Source: Candidatus Woesebacteria bacterium (lineage in GTDB: Bacteria; Patescibacteriota; Microgenomatia; UBA1400; UBA12108). From it: a stretch of DNA of 64,000 nt. Positions 48,176-57,438 of the stretch are shown piece after piece. Under the pieces are notes generated by a model. That model had not been told where the DNA came from and did not search any database. It saw only the letters and a program-made list of their open reading frames with translations. The stretch covers positions 21,759 to 85,758 of the forward strand of contig JAGOVG010000003.1 of the NCBI GenBank assembly GCA_018060845.1. Direction: 5' to 3'. How positions within the stretch are numbered: position 1 is the first letter of the stretch; every line of letters begins with the position of its first letter. Position numbers and translations under genes: made by a program.

Positions 48176-49075
48176 CTATTGCTCAATTTCGTCAACTATC
48201 AAGCTTGCCACACTCAACACCTTGAGTTTCATATTTCTAATTTCTGATTTAGAATTTATAACCGTATCAGAGACCACCACCTCATCAATCTCGCTCTCCT
48301 CTAGCTTATCCTGAACCCCATCTAGATATAGGTGATGTGTGGCCGCCACCGATACGCTCACCGCCCCCATTTTCTTTAAGTATTCAGCACTCTCCATCAT
48401 GGTCGACCCAGTCACAATCATGTCATCAATTATGATCACGTTTTTGCCAACCACCTCCCCACTCATCCCGACCACACTTACTTCACCAGTTTTTAGATCT
48501 CGTCGCTTATCCATATAGGCTATAGACACCCCGAGCTCTCGCGCGATAGCCGCACTGGCTTTAACCGCCCCCTCATCAGGCGCTACCACCACATACTTTC
48601 CCTTACTCCCACCAATCTTTTTCTCATAATAGTCTTTAAAAAGTGGTTTAGCTGACAGTTCAACAACAGGGATATCAAAGAATCCAGTAATAGCCCTATT
48701 GTGTAGGTCAAAGGTAATCAGTTTTTTGATTTTGGTAGTCTGGATAATCTGCGCGATAACTTTGGCAGACAATGCCTCGCCCGGCAAAAAGACTTTGTCC
48801 TGTTTACTGTACCCGAGCCATGGGACAACACCCATCAACTCACTATATCCAGCTCGCGTCAGTGCATCCGCAAGCAGGCAAAACTCAATTATGTGTTCAT
48901 CTACCGGTTTAGAAAATGATTGCAGTATTGCCGCTGCTCCACTACCGTTCCCCACGCTCACTCTCTTCTCGTCGTTCGCAAATTTAGAAATATTTACATC
49001 ACCAATACCAATCCCCAACTCACCGATCTGTTTAACTAAATCCTTATTACTTGATCCAAAAAATAACGACGACAT
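48176..49075 (-). CDS. prs: ribose-phosphate pyrophosphokinase (PRPP synthase)
   Basis: PRPP-binding loop VIIIDDMIVTGSTM. Flexible loop and whole-length collinearity with Prs. Confidence 0.85.
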   Translation of the reverse strand: MSSLFFGSSNKDLVKQIGELGIGIGDVNISKFANDEKRVSVGNGSGAAAILQSFSKPVDEHIIEFCLLADALTRAGYSELMGVVPWLGYSKQDKVFLPGEALSAKVIAQIIQTTKIKKLITFDLHNRAITGFFDIPVVELSAKPLFKDYYEKKIGGSKGKYVVVAPDEGAVKASAAIARELGVSIAYMDKRRDLKTGEVSVVGMSGEVVGKNVIIIDDMIVTGSTMMESAEYLKKMGAVSVSVAATHHLYLDGVQDKLEESEIDEVVVSDTVINSKSEIRNMKLKVLSVASLIVDEIEQ

Positions 49076-49095
49076 CTCTATATTATACTATCCTC

Positions 49096-49905
49096 ATGAA
49101 GATTAAGCCTCTTTCAATATTATTTGTCGGTTACGCAACTATTGATTTTATCGATAATACAAAGCATTTTGGCGGCGCTGCAGGCGCGATGAGTATAAAT
49201 GCAACTTTGTTGGATATTAAATCGAATCTCTTTGCCCCTCTCTCCCAAGATATACTCGGTTCAACGTATATACAACAATTAAATAACGCAAAAGTCGGTT
49301 TGTCCTCTTGTGGTCTATCATCTCCGTCTATTCCCACTTGTACTGTCGTTGATCATCTTGGTCTCGGTAGTACACGAAAATGGCAAGATAACGGAGCCAT
49401 TAGCTACTTCCAGAATATGCCAATCCCGTATAACCTAAATCATTTATATGACTATATTTTTTTCTGCAATGCACCGAGCGACGTCGTCAAAAATATGTCA
49501 CAAAATCTTACAAAAAGAAACGCGTTATATATTCCTGGGCCACAGTCACTCAAAATCAACAACTGGATTCAAGATACCGCCTTACTTAGATCACTAATTG
49601 TTTTCTGTAACGAAGAAGAAGAACCTGTAGTATGGAAATCTCAGCCTTTCAAAAAAGGTGTCGAGCTCATAATTTGCACTCACGGTAAAAAAGGTGGCGT
49701 AGTACACACGTCAAACGGAGAGAAAATCCCCTATCAATCCAAATCGATCCAGGTAATCGACCCAACAGGCGCAGGAGACTCTTTTGCATTGGGATTCGCA
49801 CATAGTTATCTTGCAAAAAATGATATAATCTCGGCAATAAAGGCGGGCAAACAACTCGCTGAGCGTTGTATAAAGGTGAAAGGTTCGATACTAAACTATG
49901 CATAA
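49096..49905 (+). CDS. PfkB-family carbohydrate/nucleoside kinase (ribokinase-like)
   Basis: C-terminal DPTGAGDSF anion-hole motif of the ribokinase/PfkB family. Start set at ATG 49096 to avoid overlapping the divergent prs. Confidence 0.6.
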   Translation: MKIKPLSILFVGYATIDFIDNTKHFGGAAGAMSINATLLDIKSNLFAPLSQDILGSTYIQQLNNAKVGLSSCGLSSPSIPTCTVVDHLGLGSTRKWQDNGAISYFQNMPIPYNLNHLYDYIFFCNAPSDVVKNMSQNLTKRNALYIPGPQSLKINNWIQDTALLRSLIVFCNEEEEPVVWKSQPFKKGVELIICTHGKKGGVVHTSNGEKIPYQSKSIQVIDPTGAGDSFALGFAHSYLAKNDIISAIKAGKQLAERCIKVKGSILNYA

Positions 49906-50605
49906 ACTTGATAGAGCATTTGGTTTCGATGTCGATCAGACATTGAATACCAACTTAGTTGCACTCCACCTAAAGCATTACAACAGTATACTAAACCTGG
50001 GCTTAAGCTCACAATATATTCAAGAAGCCAACAAAAATTACAGAAAAGTCTTTGACGTACCAGAAATCGCAGCGGCCATGAATAATCGAGAAAATGAATT
50101 TAAAGCTGCCCGCAAATGGATCCGTGAATCAAGCGAAGTAAATATGGCATTCGATGTTATGCCAGGATCAGTATTAGGCGTAAAACACTTATCTTTGATC
50201 GCCCACAGTCTCGGATACTTTACAGTACGCCCGCAAATTGAAGGGATGTATGAAATGACGAGAGATTGGCTTGCCATGGCAGGTATACCAAACTCACAAA
50301 AGACTATAGTATGCAAAGATCCTGGAGACAAAATAGACAAAATTGTTAGATCAACAGAAACAGATCTACCTGTCGTTCTTATTGATGACAGCTTGGGCGG
50401 ACCTGATGGCCTACTTGCGGCTGCCGCTAAATACTCCCCTCAGGATCTACTAAATAGGCTCACACTAGTTGGTTTTGGCATGAATACCACAAAAGCTCAA
50501 TCACTACGCGAAGAAATGGGAGTTTCTTCAGCAATTAACGTCTTGGGACTTGCGAGCTGGAATCCTAATTTAGTCCATGCATTAACAATTGAACTTGCCG
50601 TTTAA
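49898..50605 (+). CDS. HAD-superfamily hydrolase (possibly 5'(3')-deoxyribonucleotidase-like)
   Basis: Motif I FGFDVDQTL (DxDxT). Motif IV VLIDDS. The 3' end overlaps convergent pyrF. Confidence 0.45.
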   Translation: MHKLDRAFGFDVDQTLNTNLVALHLKHYNSILNLGLSSQYIQEANKNYRKVFDVPEIAAAMNNRENEFKAARKWIRESSEVNMAFDVMPGSVLGVKHLSLIAHSLGYFTVRPQIEGMYEMTRDWLAMAGIPNSQKTIVCKDPGDKIDKIVRSTETDLPVVLIDDSLGGPDGLLAAAAKYSPQDLLNRLTLVGFGMNTTKAQSLREEMGVSSAINVLGLASWNPNLVHALTIELAV

Positions 50606-51311
50606 TTCCTATTGCCACTTCGCGCGGATCTTTTGCCTGAGATATACTCCTACTTGCATTAATTATCATATCTAGTCCACGACTATTCTCTTTGTTTAAA
50701 ACTTGATCAACACTCCCACCCTGCGTTCCAACTCCAGGCACTAGTAGCACCATATCACCCACTATTTCTCTAGCTCTCTTTAATTCTTCGGGATGAGTTG
50801 CCCCAAACACTAGTCCCCACTGCTTCATTCCATGATCTCTTAATACCACGTCGCGAGCTATTTTTTCCCACATATTTCCTTGGTATTCCTCAGATTCTGG
50901 GTTACTGGTACGACACAACACAAATAATCCTTTATCTTCATACTTTTCAAACGCAGTCAACGCGCCAATCCCTTGGTATGGATGAAGCGTTACAGCATCC
51001 CCTCCTAGATACTCAAAAACATATTTTGCATATGCCTCGTTGGTGCTTCCAATATCACCCCGTTTTGCGTCAATTATCAACGGTATACCAGGATAGCTAC
51101 TATGGATGTAATCACAAATTACCTTAAGCTGCTCTACCCCCTTAGCTCCCTCAGCCTCATAAAATGCCACGTTCGGCTTGTATGCACATACCAAATCGGC
51201 AGTCTGATCGACGAGCTTCTTGTTAAACTCAAAGTCAGCTTGATCTAGACCAACGCAAAGAAAGCTATTATTTTTTACTGCAGCTTTCTTATATAAATCA
51301 AAAAACTTCAT
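50565..51311 (-). CDS. pyrF: orotidine-5'-phosphate decarboxylase
   Basis: LIIDAKRGDIGST substrate/catalytic motif. C-terminal PGVGTQGG phosphate-binding loop. Confidence 0.75.
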   Translation of the reverse strand: MKFFDLYKKAAVKNNSFLCVGLDQADFEFNKKLVDQTADLVCAYKPNVAFYEAEGAKGVEQLKVICDYIHSSYPGIPLIIDAKRGDIGSTNEAYAKYVFEYLGGDAVTLHPYQGIGALTAFEKYEDKGLFVLCRTSNPESEEYQGNMWEKIARDVVLRDHGMKQWGLVFGATHPEELKRAREIVGDMVLLVPGVGTQGGSVDQVLNKENSRGLDMIINASRSISQAKDPREVAIGIKRQVQLLMHGLN

Positions 51312-52050
51312 CGACTTGTCTCCTCAGCTTGTCGATACTTAAATCTCAAATTGTCAGAGATTATTCGAGATATTAACAAAGTATAATTACTATCTATAAA
51401 ATAACCCACCCTGATCCCGACACATACTCCCTCAACACCTTTTGTATTATTGTGCATTAAAAATGTAGTTTAACACAAAATATCATGCGCAATATTGGGG
51501 GATTATGAGCCTGCCCTATCTCACATATCCCCCAATACTAAGCACGAATTATTGTTTAGTAACATCAAGTGATTATAGGTCGTGACCCTACCCGTAGTGT
51601 GTAGTATATGTACTTACACACAAAATGTAGCTTGACGACTATATAACCGAGTGTTAAAGTGCATGTAACGCTCACGCATCCTCAAAACGCGCGTGACGTC
51701 CTTGAATAAGAGCATTGCTACACGTGAACCCGGTATTAGGTGATTCAGCGGTAGGAATGCTCTTTTCGTTTCTACTGAGCAGGGTTTTAAGGCCTGCTAG
51801 GGCAGTATATAAACTTGTTTTCAAAGACCAACCAAGTTATTAGCTTGATCTAGCGGGTATTATCGCGCGTTTCTTGCCTGGAGTCAACCCATAATAATTT
51901 ATTACCAACAAAAACACGTAACCCATAACATAAATAGATCTGGAGAAATGATAATAATGTCCAGTGTGGATAACTATAGAATAAACTAATAATCGTGAGG
52001 TAGATACTGATTTACACGGTGTGCCTAGCATAAAACTACTAGACATGAGG

Positions 52051-52179
52051 TTGTATGGTTTGTGCAGTGTAAGTAAGAACAATCAAGTAAAAATTTTCAA
52101 AGTGAGTTGGAGCGCCAGCGACGTTCAACGAACGACACAATTTTTACCTGAAGTGAGATTCTCACCAGCAAACCATACA
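52051..52179 (+). repeat. Copy 2 of the ~130-nt conserved noncoding element (candidate structured RNA)
   Basis: Core TTGTGCAGTGTAAGTAAGAACAATCAAGTAAAAATT...GAGCG..AGCGA..CGAACGAC..TTTACCTGA. Enclosed by an 11-bp perfect inverted repeat TGTATGGTTTG / CAAACCATACA whose sequence differs from the closing helix of copy 1. Confidence 0.55.
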
Positions 52180-52186
52180 TGCATGC

Positions 52187-53500
52187 CTACAACGACTTAA
52201 CCAGCTCAGCTACTTTTCGGTAACTATTTTTCGAGTAAATCTGACTATAACCTAGTTTTTTGGCTTCTTTTTCGCGCTTATCATACAAACTCACGCTCCG
52301 AATCTCACCAAGCAGCCCAACTTCACCAATCGCACAACTATTTTTAGGCAGTGCTCTCCCGCTCGCTGAGCTCGCAACAGCCAGAACCACCGCGAGATCA
52401 ATCGCCGGTTCTTTGACCGTCAATCCACCAGTTACCTTAACGAACACATCTTTTGTACCAATCGAGAGCTTCGTATATTTTTGCAAAACTCCGAGTAGTA
52501 TTTGTACTCTCCTAACGTCTACCCCCTGAGAAACTCTTCGTGGTACCGGTAGCTCCGAGTTAACCACAAGTGCCTGTACTTCCAGTAGGACTGGTCGAGT
52601 TCCCTCCATCACAACCGCAATCGCACTCCCCACACTACCCTCCTCTCGCTCCGATAGGAAAAGTTCTGATGGATTAGTTACCTCCTCCATTCCACTCTCG
52701 TTCATGCGGAATACCCCTACCTCATCTGTTGCGCCAAATCTATTTTTTTGCGTTCGTAGCAGGCGGAGATCGTAGTACCTGTCCCCGGTTAATTCTAGAA
52801 CTGCGTCGACCATATGTTCTAGCACTTTGGGACCAGCCATCTCCCCATCCTTGGTCACATGACCAACCAAGATCACAGGCACATTCTTACTTTTGGCATA
52901 CGCAATTACCCGTCCCGTGCACTCCCTTATCTGTGAGACAGACCCAGCAAGACCAGGCAAATCTGATGTATAAAGTGTTTGAACAGAGTCAATAATTAGT
53001 AGCGATATAGATTCTTTATTTACAGTGCTTAAAATCGTGTCCACATCCATTTCCGCTAGCATTTTGAGGCCGACTATACTCTTATTAATTTTTGAGCTTT
53101 TCATCATTCGGTCAACTCGTATTTTTACTTGTCCCGGCGACTCCTCGCCACACACATAAACCACATTCGACATATTAAGTGATAATTGTGTAAGTAGGGT
53201 CGATTTACCTATTCCCGGCTCACCAACCATCAAAACCACTTCACCCGCAACCAGCCCACCACCGAGCACCCGGTCCATCTCACTAATACCTGTAGTCGCT
53301 CGCTCCCCCACCTTCCCCTCCACTTCGCTTAACGACAGAAGCCTTGTAGTGTGATTTGACACTTTGACCTTTGACCTTTGACCAACTGTACTTACGCTCT
53401 CCTCGAGAGTATTCCACTTCCCACACTCGCCACACTGCCCTTGCCATTTTTTTGACTGAGCACCACAATTAGAGCACTCGTAGATCACGGAATTTTTCAT
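52187..53500 (-). CDS. radA: DNA repair protein RadA/Sms
   Basis: N-terminal C4 zinc finger CSNCGAQSKKWQGQCGECGKW. Walker A GEPGIGKST. KNRFG motif. C-terminal Lon-protease-like domain. Start at MKNSV, with a GGAGGG RBS. Confidence 0.85.
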   Translation of the reverse strand: MKNSVIYECSNCGAQSKKWQGQCGECGKWNTLEESVSTVGQRSKVKVSNHTTRLLSLSEVEGKVGERATTGISEMDRVLGGGLVAGEVVLMVGEPGIGKSTLLTQLSLNMSNVVYVCGEESPGQVKIRVDRMMKSSKINKSIVGLKMLAEMDVDTILSTVNKESISLLIIDSVQTLYTSDLPGLAGSVSQIRECTGRVIAYAKSKNVPVILVGHVTKDGEMAGPKVLEHMVDAVLELTGDRYYDLRLLRTQKNRFGATDEVGVFRMNESGMEEVTNPSELFLSEREEGSVGSAIAVVMEGTRPVLLEVQALVVNSELPVPRRVSQGVDVRRVQILLGVLQKYTKLSIGTKDVFVKVTGGLTVKEPAIDLAVVLAVASSASGRALPKNSCAIGEVGLLGEIRSVSLYDKREKEAKKLGYSQIYSKNSYRKVAELVKSL

Positions 53501-53699
53501 AGCTTGCTGTGTCCCTCCGAAGCTCGTAGAGCGTAGGGGGATGCCCCACAATTACTACATTCATAAACGACTGATTGCTTCATACTCCTATTCTACTGCA
53601 ATATTATTAGATTCTCCCCTTGTCTGTTGTTTTTCACAGTAGTATCATATCCATATTGCCCAGTGTGATTAATACTATTTATATACAGGAGTTCTTTAT

Positions 53700-55673
53700 A
53701 TGGACGTTCATACACTTATTACTGTCTTACTATTTATCTCCACCTTCCTCCTCGGTGCTACCGCCCTCCAAAGTTGGAGCAGTAAAACCGGCTTCCCTTA
53801 TACCGTCGCCCTCCTCCTCTCAGGTTTTGTCACTCAATTCGTCGTACACACACTCCACCTCGAGTTACATCTCACTCTGAGTTCTGACATTATCTACTTT
53901 GTCCTACTCCCGATCCTCCTATTCGAGGCAGCACAACACCTCATATTCCACCAATTCAAATTACAGTTCAAAACCATTACCGCTTTTGCCACTATCGGCG
54001 TCATGATCAGTGTGGGCGTAGTAGCCGCTGTCCTCTCTATTGCGCTCGGCATGCCCGTTGGTCCTGCACTACTTTTTGGTTCTATCATCTCAGCAACAGA
54101 TCCTATTGCGGTCCTAGCTCTCTTCAAATCACTTGGTGCCCCCAAGCGATTGGGTCTTATCGCTGATGGCGAATCCATGTTTAACGATGCAACTGGCGTT
54201 ATCATGTTTAAAGTAGTATCAAGCTTTGTGGTTGCTGGTACCGTCTTTGAAGCCAGCAAGTTAACCGCTTCTCTTGGTAACTTCCTCTATGTCTTTATTG
54301 GCAGCATGCTCTTTGGCGCACTCTTTGGTTACGTCGGGACACTCTTTGCCAAAATGGTCAAAAACGACCGTGTCTTAAACATGGCCATCTCCTTAGCTAC
54401 CGGCCTCGGCTCCTTTGTAGCCGCCGAGCATTTCTTCCATTTCTCTGGCGTCATCAGTACTGTGATCGCCGGAATCGTCTTTGGCAATGTAGGACGCCTC
54501 GCCCTCTCCCATCACATCCTCCACTGGACTGAGGAAATGTGGGAAGTGCTCGGATTTGTCTCCCTCTCCCTCGTCTTCTTCTTTGCTGCCTTCAATATGC
54601 ACTTAGATATTTTTGGCCACTACGGACTCAAGCTAGTTTATGTCATCCTTGCTGTTCTGTTGGCTCGTGCCGCGTCAGTCTACATCACTGCGGCCTGGAC
54701 CAACAAGAGTCGCTTATTCAGTGACGAACCCAACATGCCTATGTCCTGGCAACACATCATGAACTGGGGTGGTCTACGTGGCGTGATCCCATTGGTCCTC
54801 GCCTATTCACTACCAGAAGACTATATGTATAGACAAGACATGCTTGCCTTTACTTTGGCAGCGCTCCTCTTTACGTTGATTGTTAACGGTCTAACAATCA
54901 AAAAACTCCTCCTGAGCCTAGGTCTACACTTACCTAAAAAAGAAGAGGAAATAGTCAAAGAAGAGGCTGAGGTCTACCACTATGAGAGCGCTCTCCACAA
55001 TCTCGAACACCTCGAGAAATCGGAGTTCAGCAAGGAGATAGTGCTCGAGCTCAAGAACAAGCTAGTCAAAGCCGAAAAGACTCACAAAGACAAACTAGTA
55101 AAGATCAGTACTAGCGATGAACTAAGAGTCGCCGTACAACTCCAAGGTATCGCCATCGAGCGTGAGGTTATCGACAACCTGCTTGATAGTGGCCACATTA
55201 ACGCTACCGTCCACACCCAGTTCTCGACTCAGCTAGATATGCAACAAGATGCGCTCGAGTACCCCGAGATCTATGCTAGAGCAATCGACAAAGATGGTAG
55301 GCTAACTAACCAGGAGACTCTAGCTAAGCGTCTAAAAAAGTTGCGCAAACTAGCTAGCGATCTTCCTTTCCTCAAGACCATATTGAGTGAGAGTGTAGAC
55401 CAGACTGTGCGTGATCGCTACTCGCTACTACGGGCTCGCAATTTAGCATCCGAGGCTGTAATTAGCTACATCGGTCGAGTTGAAACTAGCTTTAACGCCA
55501 AAACCGATAGGGCTGCTCTATCAGTAGTTCGCAAACTTCACCAGAAATTCATAAGTGACAATACCAACGAAATTAAAGAGGTGGGCGCTAAATATAAGGG
55601 AGTGGTCAAGAAATACCAATCCGAGCTCGCAGAGAGGATCATCCTCTCCCCTGCTACCCACGCCTCACACTAA
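53700..55673 (+). CDS. Na+/H+ (cation:proton) antiporter, CPA1/NhaP-like with C-terminal cytoplasmic domain
   Basis: About 12 TM helices. The conserved SATDPIAV motif appears as GSIISATDPIAVLALFKSLGAPKRL. A hydrophilic C-terminal region of about 250 aa. Confidence 0.75.
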   Translation: MDVHTLITVLLFISTFLLGATALQSWSSKTGFPYTVALLLSGFVTQFVVHTLHLELHLTLSSDIIYFVLLPILLFEAAQHLIFHQFKLQFKTITAFATIGVMISVGVVAAVLSIALGMPVGPALLFGSIISATDPIAVLALFKSLGAPKRLGLIADGESMFNDATGVIMFKVVSSFVVAGTVFEASKLTASLGNFLYVFIGSMLFGALFGYVGTLFAKMVKNDRVLNMAISLATGLGSFVAAEHFFHFSGVISTVIAGIVFGNVGRLALSHHILHWTEEMWEVLGFVSLSLVFFFAAFNMHLDIFGHYGLKLVYVILAVLLARAASVYITAAWTNKSRLFSDEPNMPMSWQHIMNWGGLRGVIPLVLAYSLPEDYMYRQDMLAFTLAALLFTLIVNGLTIKKLLLSLGLHLPKKEEEIVKEEAEVYHYESALHNLEHLEKSEFSKEIVLELKNKLVKAEKTHKDKLVKISTSDELRVAVQLQGIAIEREVIDNLLDSGHINATVHTQFSTQLDMQQDALEYPEIYARAIDKDGRLTNQETLAKRLKKLRKLASDLPFLKTILSESVDQTVRDRYSLLRARNLASEAVISYIGRVETSFNAKTDRAALSVVRKLHQKFISDNTNEIKEVGAKYKGVVKKYQSELAERIILSPATHASH

Positions 55674-55700
55674 CTAGCACTCAAGTTATTAGCCAACAAT

Positions 55701-55726
55701 TAACCCCACAGCAATGTGGGGTTAAT
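55701..55726. terminator. GC-rich hairpin between convergent genes (likely bidirectional transcription terminator)
   Basis: TTAACCCCACA gcaa TGTGGGGTTAA is an 11-bp perfect stem with a GNRA-type tetraloop. It lies between the antiporter (+) and the 55754-56734 gene (-). The flanking U-tracts are weak. Confidence 0.4.
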
Positions 55727-55753
55727 ATAGCGACACTCACGACTATGTTAATA

Positions 55754-56734
55754 CTAGCGAGCTGCGACTTTTAGCAGATAATGATTCACAAAAAATAGCG
55801 CGTTCACTGTCAGCATCGCTGGTAGTACTATTCCGACCACATTCAGTTGTGGCTGCACGATGAGTAGTAGCAGGAGTGTCGTGATCCCCTTCTGCTCAGC
55901 AGTAGCGATAACTCCTTTTTCTACCCAGCTAAAGCCGCGGAAAAATAATACAGTTTCTAGCGGCCGAACTACGTACACGAGTAGCAATCCAATAATAATG
56001 CCCGTCATCACCTCTACTCCTGCAGATGGCAAGAACATCCCAATCATGATATAACTCGCGTGCGTTATCAGGTTGATAGGTTCATCAAAAATCTTCTTTT
56101 TGACCTGGAAAAATAGTCCTGATAATGCCACTCCCAGAAATACGTTAAATATCCCACCCAGCACCACGAGAGCCGAAGGTAGAAAAGAATTGTGGATCTT
56201 GGTCCTATGCTTGGCATAGAGGAATAGCCCGACAAACAAAAAGTTCATGAGGAGCAAAAACAAGTAAAAATCCACGCTCACTTTGCCCGCCAGTGCAATC
56301 GGCAGCGCAATATAGACCGTGAGTAGAGTACTGACTGGGTCGTCAAAAGTCGACTCCACCAGGGTCAGTTGTGCCACCCTCCCCTTGATCTTGAACATCC
56401 GCTGGGCCCAGTTGGTAAACGATGGATCAATCTGAGACATCAAGGTAGCTACCAGTACAACCCGCAAATCATGGGTAATCAAGTAAGCCAACAACCCTAG
56501 CATTGCGGCCTTAAACACCAATCCTACAGAGACTAGAATAATCGATCTGGATTTGTATTCTTTGATAAATTTGCCATCTATCCCCTGCACATTGGCAAAC
56601 AGCGAGACAGAGAGAAATAGAGATCCAAGTAGTAATATTGTCTGGAGATAATCAAACGGGTTGATCTTAAACAGGGTTACAAACCCCGCTCCCGCAGCCA
56701 CCCACAATATTGGTAATATCAGAGCCTTCCACAT
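55754..56734 (-). CDS. hypothetical polytopic membrane protein
   Basis: About 9 TM helices. No clear motif. Confidence 0.4.
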   Translation of the reverse strand: MWKALILPILWVAAGAGFVTLFKINPFDYLQTILLLGSLFLSVSLFANVQGIDGKFIKEYKSRSIILVSVGLVFKAAMLGLLAYLITHDLRVVLVATLMSQIDPSFTNWAQRMFKIKGRVAQLTLVESTFDDPVSTLLTVYIALPIALAGKVSVDFYLFLLLMNFLFVGLFLYAKHRTKIHNSFLPSALVVLGGIFNVFLGVALSGLFFQVKKKIFDEPINLITHASYIMIGMFLPSAGVEVMTGIIIGLLLVYVVRPLETVLFFRGFSWVEKGVIATAEQKGITTLLLLLIVQPQLNVVGIVLPAMLTVNALFFVNHYLLKVAAR

Positions 56735-56766
56735 GGGTTGGATTATACACCCCAGGAACTACCACA

Positions 56767-57204
56767 CTACATTCTTAAGCGGTTATCTCCCCAAATATGT
56801 ATTAAAACCTGATCTAGTGGGGAAGGTTCGCCAAGATATAGTGTTCTCAATAAACCTGGCACACCAGATTCATCCAACTGTCTATACACTCTATCATGCA
56901 TGCTAAACCACCCATTACTGTTAAGCGCGCTCGAACTATTAGCTTCTGACAATATTATAGCTTGCTCTGTATCCTCCACCAGTTGTTGTAGAGCGATCCA
57001 GTGATAATCAATCCCCTCTATTCCCGTATGTCCTAGCCCCTTACTAACCCACTCCATCGCAAAAGCATATCGTTGCCCATCTCTACTATTAGCCCAGGAT
57101 GATTGGGCGCCATGGCTATATTCCTCTCTGCCCTCTAATTCCACCACCATCAGTCCACTCTCTACTCTACTTGCTGTTGCACCAAATACCTGCATTCCAC
57201 CCAT
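56767..57204 (-). CDS. hypothetical protein
   Basis: ORF only. No Cys and no clear motif. Confidence 0.3.
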   Translation of the reverse strand: MGGMQVFGATASRVESGLMVVELEGREEYSHGAQSSWANSRDGQRYAFAMEWVSKGLGHTGIEGIDYHWIALQQLVEDTEQAIILSEANSSSALNSNGWFSMHDRVYRQLDESGVPGLLRTLYLGEPSPLDQVLIHIWGDNRLRM

Positions 57205-57438
57205 ATTTTATCCCCTTTATGATTGTCTATAGGATTCTATCCTATTATTCTAATAATACAAGATTTAGTTGTTCTTTATCTTCAATTACTTGAAAACAAA
57301 GAACAACCAACACGACACACAGAGAGATCCTAAAAGGATCAAAGTAACCTTGCGGTCACATCTCTATGAAAGCAGTCGCTATAGTTATCCTTCCGCGGGG
57401 AGGATGGCTCGGCAGAATCATCCTCCCCTGTTCGCATA

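Noticed and set aside
51840-52082. 80-aa minus-strand ORF in the pyrF-radA gap
   Set aside because: Low-complexity Tyr/Leu-rich sequence with no RBS. It overlaps the conserved noncoding element and is more likely noncoding.
53283-53468. 61-aa ORF antisense within the radA 5' region
   Set aside because: It overlaps the conserved RadA zinc-finger coding region on the same strand in another frame. It is a shadow ORF.
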